Source: Balanoglossus misakiensis
Taxonomy: Eukaryota > Animalia > Hemichordata
DNA length: 64,000 nucleotides
Direction: 5' to 3'
NCBI GenBank assembly: GCA_040954595.2
Contig: CM082586.2
Span: 4,533,125 to 4,597,124, forward strand
Shown here: positions 55,001 to 64,000 of the stretch, one piece after another
How the letters are laid out: each line of letters starts with the position of its first letter
How positions within the stretch are numbered: position 1 is the first letter of the stretch
Program-made: the position numbers and the translations under genes
Notes under the pieces: model-generated
Databases searched by the model: none
The model's input: the letters and a program-made list of their open reading frames with translations, nothing else
What the model was told of the DNA's origin: nothing

Positions 55001-55659
55001 ATAAATTGGATTGATAAATTTTGGCGTGCCCTAGAAAGTTCGAGCCTGTGTTTGTCGGTGATAATTTTGAAATCACCAATCCATTCACATGAAACGCCAT
55101 GCTGTTACGCGTGGCAACAGCGGCTGCTACGAGATGCCACATTTCTGTGGTTAGCCAATAGACTTGCTGAATTCATTTTCATTCGATTCGGTATGAGGGT
55201 AAACCAATTTGTAATGCGCTTGATGATTGGCCGGAACCGCGCCTTTGATTTGCATCAAAGTACACCACCGGCTGTTGGTGCAAATTATTTGACCAATTTA
55301 TCCGTTCTGTTCTATAACCACCTGTTGATCGCCCAATAATTATTTGACGACTTTATTGGTGTTTTGTTTGATATATTGGCTGCCATGGGTGTTGCATTAT
55401 AAGCTTATTTGCATACAACATCTCTGCTACCCCTCCTAAGACGTTTGTATTTCTTTTTCGGATTCAGGGCGAATTGAAAGAAAAAGAGGAACTTCCCGAG
55501 AAGGTCTCGGTGTTCTCCGACAATGTGCCGAACACGTCGAACCACATGTGGGGGAGTCGACTGACGACCGAGACCGCCAGGAACATGTTATCAATGGAGC
55601 ATCGTTTCATGTCACACAACAGACACAAGTCATCCAGGGACCTGCTTTGTTATGATTGA
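52094..55659 (+). CDS. CIMIP5: C2orf50 homolog / ciliary microtubule inner protein 5, 3 exons (52094-52338, 54849-54888, 55468-55659)
   Basis: RTTSAGYRFP...CDSVTQDKIWKQMVGNEKTCIRKW|DENWGFLKDYDQK|GELKEKEELPEKVSVFSDNVPNTSNHMWGSRLTT parallels human C2orf50 as recalled (RTTSAGYRLP...QDQLWRELLEAE...NWSFLKDYDPMG...FSDTVPSSTNQVVGSRLDT); splice phases consistent. Confidence 0.88.
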
Positions 55660-57553
55660 GAGTCTTTATGCAACCATGATTTAGTCGTCGCCGTTTTATA
55701 TCTGTAGATTTTTTTTTGTGGTGACTCTGAGCCATTTCTGGATTGAACAACTCGAACCACGAACACAGCTCACTTCTATGAACTTTTGCCAGCCGGCGAG
55801 GAAATGGCAAATTTTGGACAGAATCTTCGCTTTAAGGTATTCCTGCTCGGATCATTGTCCACGTAGTCTTGATACGCTTACAGAGAGACGGGGACTCGTT
55901 GAGATATCTCTCTCACCCCTGGGACAACATTTTTACCCATCAGTGAACACTACAGCCTGTATAGTTACCAAACGACAATAGTACCCCCTCCCCCAATAGA
56001 CCGCTGTATAATTTGCCTGCCTCTAGGTATCCAAATTTCATTGTTTAATGTTGAACAATCATGAACTTTGAATTTGATTATAGACAATCAAACAGCCTGA
56101 GTGTACATGTGCCATTCTCCCATTGCTTAGTACGTCATCCACCACATGCAAGCTCCGTCGCTGCGGAATACATGTATTTCAAAGTAATGAAAAGAGCCGA
56201 GAGGACCTCAACACAGTGACCATCTGTATTGCCAAGTTAGGAGGGCATCCGCTGATCTCTCTGGCATTTGTCACCGTCTGAGCGTTCAGAATCGACCTTT
56301 GAGCAGATGTTGAACACGAGAGAACATGTTCACAGTATCGATTGGTTCCGTCTGGCCAGTTTTCAGTAACAATGGGACGCCAACGATATCTGGCAGCTCA
56401 CCAGAAACATGGCACGACTTGCGTGCATATTCCTGAGTTTTTTTCGACGCTTGTAATTAGTTTCGCCAGACCAGGACAATTACCAGTCGCATATGAAAGC
56501 TTATAGCCCAAGGCAGGAGATTGTGCATTTTGCTGTGTCCATTCGAAAGTTAGATTTAAAACCCAGCACAAGTTTCATTCCCAAACTGTCGTGTCGATGC
56601 ATAGATTGCATGAAGCAGTTTAGTTTTTATCTGCACCCCCAGATTTTGCGCTATATTGTTTTATTGACATTTGACCTGTCCTGTGAAAAATTACCACCTG
56701 CTAGCTGTGCATACTATTTTAGTTGATAACCTGTGGTATTTCATCAAACTATCAGTAATTGTGGTCCACACGCAAAAATTACTGCCGGTTTATGTAATCG
56801 GATACAGAAAAGTTTGATTTGAAATAAGTACAGTCAATTGCATAATGTACATTGCCAATAACCAGTTGGTTCACTGAGACTACCTCCACAGTTATCACGA
56901 GGGCCAACATTATATATCTTCCAATGAAATTCTTACTAGATCACGTGACTATGAATCCTAGTACGTATGATCAGGTTTGGTGAATGATACCATAATTTAC
57001 ATACATGTATAAAACTGTAATTATGTTGATTATGTAAAGATGTTAATATCGTGAGGGTTAAAATAAACTGAAAGTGAAAATACAAACTCATTCTTTGTTA
57101 ATAAGCGTAGACAAATCCGTGTGGTCGAAACGTTGTAGAGAAAAAATATGCAAATCTTTAAGAAAGAGTGTCAGGGTTATTTTTGATGGATTACTGGAAA
57201 CTTCACTGAAGCAATCATAAATTTAGGTGATTGAAAACAGCTAGTACTTTGAATGTTTAAAAGCGACCGTTTTTCACGACTTTTTTTGTTTTCATGTTGT
57301 TTAAGTTTTTCCACTCGTCCGGATTTTTGTATTCAGTTTTAAAAGACGTTTTAAGTTTAAATAATGTTTGGGTATTCTTGTTGAATATTATTGCTGTAAG
57401 ATGTGAACCAATACATTGCCTGGTTAAAGATAATGTTTTGTCGTGTTGTTTTTGGCCAAGATTTACCACCATCGCCGGTAGATGGCGCAATAGCATATCG
57501 ACTCAGAACATGTCACCAATAGAGCCGCACAAATTCTGTGAGTTCAAGTATTT

Positions 57554-59434
57554 CTAGAAGTCTTTCTTCTGCCTTCCAACAAAGTACTTCATATACTTCC
57601 CGGCTCCTGACAACCGTCCCATCAAGACGTAGGCGTCGACAGGCATCCAGCTGAAAGGGAACCGACACAACTGCCATTATTTATATCAACTTAAAAAAAA
57701 AACATACTGAACCACAAATAATCATGTACTTACGATTTGATGTACGGTAACATGTACATTGACTTCGGCAGACAGAGAACTTTCTGATTAGTCTGTACGG
57801 CGTGGACGACCCTCTCAGCGACATACTCGGGTTTTAGCATCGGTAGCATTCTGTTGAAATAATTATGCCACTTTATGAGATACTGCACAAAGGGTTCACG
57901 TGTTGGCACCAGGCTGGGTGCAGGAATTTTTTGTTACGTTTGAAAATTTGTTTCGAAAACAGAGATGGCTATTAATATGGGAATTCTGGAGTTGTAATAG
58001 AAATCTTTCATTTTTTCAATTTATAATGAGAAAACAAATCAAGCAATCATCTCCTGTGGGAGGTTTATCTACCAAAGTAGCGTCTACGTGATCAGTGAAT
58101 AGTGCACTACGCAATTTCCAGTCCAACTATTTTCATACAGAACAAGCCAAAGGGAAAAATATCCGTCTTACCCGGGCGAGACGCCGCTAAACATACCGGT
58201 GTCGATGAAGTACGGCTGCACTAGAGTTGTTTCGACTCCCGTCACCCGCTGTATGTCCAGTTCTAACATCACCCCTTCGTGGAGACCGACGGCCGCGAAC
58301 TTGCTGGCGCAGTACTCAACGAGCCCGGCCACGGCACAGGAACCTCCTATGCTGGCAATGGTTACCAGGTGGCCATGCTTGTTCTCTATCATGGACGGCA
58401 GGAATGCTTTGATGGTCTGTTGGACGGGCAAATGCAGTGCATGTAAGCTTACGTGTTCAACAACAACAAAACACAACGAAAGCAACAACAACAAACGAGT
58501 GTTCATTTTAACAAGCAAGAACAGTCGTCTCCAGGTAAAGCATATATGGTCCCCGATAAGCCACCGACGAGGGAAAACTGTATCACAGTTTACGCAGGGT
58601 TCACTCGTGGGGTTGATTATTTTACGAACACGGGTAAAGTTTACGACCCTGGACTCTGGACAGAATTGGCGTCACGTACTTGGTCACGAACACTAGCCTT
58701 GTCAACACTTGGACGGAGACATGGCTTAATATGGCCTTCCTATTGCTACTGGATATTTAGCTGTTCTGTGTCTTGAAGACTATTTTTTTCTTTTCGCGAT
58801 TTTTGATTGCCAGCACACAGATCATTGAAGACACGTTACAGCCAGACAATCCCACTAGTAGTACAAACTTTAAGCTCCAGCGCGGGTACACACACTTTGA
58901 CAAGAAGTTGAGGACACGTTATTTCAGGGTCGAGCGCCTGTACACAGACGTTCATATTGTTAGGTCACATATACATACCCAAAATACAGCCATAGCGTTC
59001 ACGTTCATGGTTCTTTCGATCAGTTCATCCGGGCACTCCAGTAGTTTCTTGCCAGCCACCACCCCGGCGTTGTTGATCAATATCGTCACATTCCCGACAT
59101 CTTTGGCCACTTGTTCTGCGACACGATACACCACATCTTTCTTGGTGACGTCAACCACGTAGCTGTGGGCTTTACCTCCGAGTTCCCGAATCTGTTTGGC
59201 CGTCTCATCGTTGCCTTCTTTGTTGACGTCCCAAAGGACCAGAGTAGCACCTTGCATGGCAAAGTTTATCGACATCAGCCGACCGATGCCACTGCCAGCG
59301 CCGGTCATCAGGACGATCTCACCGTCCAGGGATTTCTTGTTGGCGGGGAGGAAGAACTTTATCCACGACCAGAACACCAACAGCCAGACACGAACCATGC
59401 CAAATAAGCTTTTAAATATATGCTTAGCGGCCAT
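57554..59434 (-). CDS. SDR16C-family short-chain dehydrogenase (RDH10/SDR16C5-like), intact copy A; 4 exons (59434-58979, 58416-58172, 57850-57734, 57650-57554)
   Basis: N-terminal hydrophobic anchor, TGAGSGIG, NNAG, catalytic S...YCASK, LVQPYFIDTGMF, C-terminal RQKKDF*. Confidence 0.92.
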
Positions 59435-60075
59435 ATTTTGTCTATTCAATGTGCACCGAAGCTACCATGCATGTGACGCTAAAAGCAGCAGACGTTTTTG
59501 TGTCACGTATGGAATGATCACTTGGATGGACTTTACCAGCCTCGTTGTGGAAACAGATAACCCCCCGACCCCCTCCGAATTTTACGAGTTTCGTGTTCCA
59601 GGTATGTGCTTTACGCCACTACAAACAACTGTCCCTTAGACCACAGGTGGCCTGCAAATGCCTTTAATTCGGACCGAAGAAAACACGTAACACAAACACC
59701 ACAGAAGACTTTCGGGCGAATCTTCTGCGCATACTCTAAATATTTGCAGTGCAAAGGCGTCATTTAAAGCTTGTGATTGGTACAGACACATACAAACGAA
59801 AAAAATGTGTGTCTGTGGTAAAGAAGCAGAGTTGCAGGTTTCAACCTTAACCAATTATGTTTCCTGCCGTTTGCACGGCCACAAACCCTTTCCCCACCAC
59901 TGAGCGAGACCAATCAACTGAGACTACAAAACATGGAGAATCAGTACAATTTTTTAATACAAAGTCAGCGGGCATCATTTTTCGGAACATCAATTGACGA
60001 ATGGGAACACAGACTGCGGATATCCGGATGAGGTGTGTTACAATTTACAAGGCGCACTGTTTTAATCGAAGTGCC

Positions 60076-62112
60076 TTAGGAGTCTTTCTTCTGTCTTCCG
60101 ACAAAATGTTCCATGACTTTCCCCGATCCCGTTACACGCCCCATCAAGGCATAAGCATCGACAGGCATCCATCTGCAAATGAACGGAAATCATTGAATTT
60201 CCATGGCGATTTTCAAACAGTCACATCAATAATATTCACGCGTGTTCACCAATTTCGTTGCGCAGAAAAAGAGGAGGAGAAATTATATGCATACTTACGA
60301 TTTCAAATATGGGATAATGTACATAGACTTTGGCAAACATAGAACTTTCTGGTTGGTTTGCACCGCGTTAATCACTTTATCAGCAACGTACTGAGGATCC
60401 AGGATTGGTATCATGCTGTTGAACAACAAACCAGAAATTATTGCAAATCTCGTATGGGGAAAAGTTGACCAATCACATCAAGGGGATTTCCCCATTGGCC
60501 TCGCTTTGAGTTCATGACAAATTCATGATGGATACGTGAGGGCGATGGACTTATGAAAAGGGTGTATACGTTATAAAATTGGTAATTACTCCCTACCTTA
60601 CGCTAACGTTTATCTCTGCCTACCAAACTTTCAGTATATCACAGCATTTGTTTTGTTGTTCGATATTTATAAAATACAGCGTGAACATTTGAGTTTAATC
60701 TTCCAATATTGCGTCGTTAATTTGGTTTAAAAGTTGGTTAGAGACGTATCCGTAATTTGTTACTCGGCCTTACCTGAGTGTCACTCCGTCAAATCCAATA
60801 TGGCTGCACCAGGGTCGAGTGAACTCCCGTCACCTTCTCCGTGTACAGTTCCAACATCAGCGACTCGTGAAGTCCGACTGCTGCAAACTTGCTGGAGCAG
60901 TACTCCACCAGTCCCGGGAACCCACATGAGCCGGCCATGCTGGCTATGGTTACTATGTGTCCGTGGTTATTGGCAACCATCCGTGGTACAAAAGCTTTAA
61001 TGGTCTGCGTATGAGAATGTGAAACACAGCTAATGTAATTTTTGAAATCAAGATGTTTAATGATATCATTAGTTTTGTATTTGGGTTAAACGAACACTAA
61101 ACGGTGAATGAACTTTGGTCGGTCAACGTGCAGTCCGAGCTAATGTCAACTGATTGTCATTGACTCGGGCCCGGGAATTGTAAATGTACTGAACTTTAGA
61201 TTATCAAGGCGTCGCCGATAGCGGTAGACTCGGCGATAGGTCACCTGATCATGATACCCAATTAATTAAACTGATTAATATACGTGTGTCTTGCGGTCAG
61301 CCAGTGGGCTGTCCATCCAATTTCAAGATCAGTCCTGAAACATATTCTCGGTCAGTTTGTCATTCTGTCTGTCTGTCTGTCTGTCATTCTGTCTGTCTGT
61401 CTGTCCGTCCCTGAGTTCGCTGTCCCTTTGATCTATATAGCAGTGTGAGAAACTCGGTTAAATGATGTGTGTTTGTCGCATGGACTCACACAAGCCAACC
61501 ATTCATGCCCCAGTCTTAACAATTGTTCTTAGATCTATACACTCTAGTTTTAAAGGCGTTTATATACTACATGTTATGACCTTGTGAGCATGTTGGTAAA
61601 GGTACTGCGGTTGTATCTTGCATTAGCCAGATCTACAGTGCTGCTTTAATGCTCACCCAAAACACAGCCATGGCATTCACGTTCATAGATCTTTCAATGA
61701 GTTCATCCGGGCACTCCAGTAGTTTCTTGCCAGCCACCACCCCGGCATTGTTGACCAATATCGTCACATTCCCGACATCTTTGGCCACTTGTTCTGCAAC
61801 ACGATACACCACATCTTTCTTGGTGACGTCAACCACGTAGCTGTGTGCTTTACCTCCGAGTTCCCGGATCTGTTTGGCCGTCTCATCGTTGCCTTCTTTG
61901 TTGACGTCCCAAAGGACCAAAGTAGCACCTTGCTTGGCAAAGTTTATCGACATCAGCCGACCGATACCACTGCCAGCGCCGGTCATCAGGACGATCTCGC
62001 CGTCCAGGGATTTCTTGTTGGCGGGAAGGAAGAACTTTATCCAAGACCAAAACACCAACAGCCAGACACCAACCATGCCAAAGAGTGCTTCGAAAAGTTC
62101 CTTTGCGGCCAT
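60076..62112 (-). pseudogene. SDR16C-family paralog copy B with a 14-nt deletion and premature TGA in exon 2 (exons 62112-61657, 61004-60774, ~60415-60299, ~60171-60076)
   Basis: Exon 2 is 231 nt versus 245 nt in copy A; it reads CCA TAT TGG ATT TGA where copy A has PYFIDTGMFSGV. Exons 1, 3 and 4 and their splice sites are intact. Confidence 0.75.
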
Positions 62113-62624
62113 TTTTATATCGTCAGCTCTGCCGTTTTAATACGTCAAGTGTATCTCTCTCCGTGTACCTTGATACACAGCTAAGGCCAGCCTCGCTTTG
62201 GACCTTCCAATCTTTATGCAAACACGAATCCTCGAATCCCAGGTGGCGACGTAGTTCTTTGTTGGAAGTACCAGGGGTACCGTGCCCTGGAATTATCTAC
62301 AAATCACACCAGTAATTCGCTACCCCTTTTCCATTAGTTATGTTTGATACAAGACACCGTTTATATTATTCTACAGAGAGACTTTGTCCCTTTAATCATT
62401 GAGTGCTTTACAGTATTTTTTTCAGATCCTTAGAAACACCACTGAGACAAAGAACCAGGGTAGAAAAGGTATTGCATTATGGAAGTTCCTGCATGACATG
62501 CTTTTATTACAAAAGAATAAATCCAGAACTAGAGCTGTTGAGAAACAGTAACCATGGTGATTTGAGGAATTTTATTTCTCCAATAGAACACGCTTTTATT
62601 TAATGGGAATTGATGGTGCAACTT

Positions 62625-63860
62625 CTACAGTGTCTTCAAGAAGTCATTGTAGTCCAGTACAGATGTTTTGGCAACATCTCTACAGAATAGTTCATCGGGA
62701 AGCTTGAAGAGTGTTTCCATGGCAATGTATCCAGGTTTGCTAGGGTCATATTGAGCGCGGTCGAGCTTGACAAGATACTGTGGAATTAAATAGAAAGAAA
62801 GTGGGAAAATTAATTATTTTCATACTGACTTTAAAGATTAGATAGTTTCACGATTTTTTTTATCGATGTGTAGTTTTTAAGTTCAATTGTGGCACATATT
62901 TTGAGGGTCATCTTGCGGCCGTATTTTGTACAGCATTCCTTGTATGGCGCCCTCAAACATATAACCAATTATCTTTTGTTTTTATTCGAATCACCATGCC
63001 ATACATTTGTACATGTAGTGCGATTTTATTTGTGAAATTACCTGGTGTCTTTCTTTGATCCTTGGAAGACTTGCCCTGAAGACTTGAGGAAACTGAACAA
63101 ACTGTTTATGTTTGATTCCAACAGTGTTATGAAGGTAATCAAAGGTGCTGAGCAACTTGAATCTTCCTGAAAAGTCATAAAAAGTTACAGAAAGAAAATT
63201 AATGCACAGAATCTATTTTTGTAGAGATGCCATTTTCAAAATTTTTTCGGAAAATAGGGCTGGGATTAGTCACGTGAGAACAGTACAAATAAATACACAC
63301 ATGTTCATAGGAATACACATTGTTTGTACAGTGGTGCATTTCTGGGTTTCACCTATTGTTGAGCTTTACCTGTTTGTAAGACTCTTGGCTGACTCATGAC
63401 CAATTCTTTGAATTCCTTGGTGGAAAATCTCATCTGTTCTTTGAAAGAAAACACACTTTTCTTCACAGTCTCCAGTTTGCCTGTGACAAGCTGTGAAATA
63501 GTAAACAGAAATACGACTGTCCAAAGGAATATCTGAATTTTGACTGGCTTTTTCCAATTACCACATAATTCAAGATAGAGTTATCATATTCAGTGTTAAG
63601 CGTCAAAACCAACCTGCAGTACTTTATAAAATTTATACAGCAGACACTGTGTCATTAGGGATCTTTCAACACTTAATAATTGGCAGTGAGTTTGTCGAGT
63701 CAGTGGTGAGTTTGTTGAGTCAGTGGTGCGTCATATGGGCTCAGAGGGCACACTGATGTGAACTCGCCTTGGGTGTTCTTGTAATGAGTTGTCTAGTCTC
63801 TTCTCCAGTCAGATTGAATTCCCTTTGAAAGAATCCCAGTTTATTGTCCAGTCTCTTGAT
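62625..63860 (-). CDS. MTERF3: Mitochondrial transcription termination factor 3, last 4 exons (5' part lies beyond the window end)
   Basis: IKRLDNKLGFFQREFNLTGEETRQLITRTPK|LVTGKLETVKK...QPRVLQT|GRFKLLSTFDYLHNTVGI...FPQVF...RIKERHQ|YLVKLDRAQYDPSKPGYIAMETLFKLPDELFCRDVAKTSVLDYNDFLKTL* matches the MTERF3 C-terminus as recalled. Confidence 0.93.
63687..63728. repeat. ~20-bp tandem duplication in an MTERF3 intron
   Basis: gtgagtttgt(c/t)gagtcagtg occurs twice in tandem. Confidence 0.75.
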
Positions 63861-64000
63861 CTGTATGGTAGTCAGAAATAAAATACCTGATCAACATGTT
63901 GAGTTCATTCTTCACACGGGTTGTCAAAAAATACCAAATGTCAATTCAATATAACTTACATTATAATTGTAGCATGTACGATATATGGGGTAAGCAAACA

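Noticed and set aside
45000-57000. tRNA, rRNA, snRNA genes or transposase/reverse transcriptase ORFs
   Set aside because: No cloverleaf, convincing A/B-box pair or recognisable transposase/RT motif seen here or elsewhere in the window
60789-60791. In-frame TGA as selenocysteine or readthrough in SDR copy B
   Set aside because: The TGA arises from a 14-nt frameshift; downstream homology is in a different frame, so recoding would not restore the protein
2966-62112. Functional 'visual cycle / retinoid cluster' (CRALBP-like + RDH10-like + kynurenine pigment pathway)
   Set aside because: The CRAL-TRIO genes look like clavesin and TTPA-like rather than RLBP1, and lie ~50 kb from the SDRs with unrelated genes between; ancestral linkage is a simpler explanation
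58199-62184. + strand ORFs duplicated across the SDR genes
   Set aside because: Antisense shadows of the SDR exons; their similarity follows from the sense-strand duplication
1-64000. CRISPR array, operon or prokaryotic defence system
   Set aside because: The DNA is spliceosomal-intron-containing animal sequence; the short direct repeats (26528, 33478, 63687) have only two units and no spacer structure

Overview
Intron-rich, AT-rich animal genomic DNA; nothing prokaryotic. Gene content and style suggest an invertebrate deuterostome, possibly a hemichordate (inference only). Splicing exons by hand gives 11 protein-coding loci. From left to right: a clavesin-like gene (-) head-to-head with a TTPA/TTPAL-like CRAL-TRIO gene (+); kynureninase KYNU (-) head-to-head with FAF2/UBXD8 (+); GMCL1/germ cell-less (+); an unrecognised 626-aa Ser/Pro/Arg-rich ORF with a single coding exon (-), with ~13 kb of motif-rich non-coding DNA upstream; TTC32 (-); C2orf50/CIMIP5 (+); two tandem SDR16C (RDH10/SDR16C5-like) dehydrogenases (-); and the 3' part of MTERF3 (-). 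One SDR16C copy has a 14-nt frameshift deletion, and exon 1 of the two copies appears homogenised by gene conversion. The strongest candidate for something new is the orphan 626-aa protein. It carries an RVxF-type KKVSW motif and three LxRx[FY]S[IL][DE] motifs, and sits in a region dense in RFX X-boxes, E-boxes and CREs near a ciliary gene. Also present: a double-hairpin element bounded by direct repeats, a TTAA-flanked piggyBac-type MITE family, DR1 nuclear-receptor elements at four promoters, a GC-AG intron and a strongly recurrent TACATGTA palindrome. Gene names come from my recall of homologous protein sequences, not from database searches. Internal exon coordinates and motif counts were read by hand.
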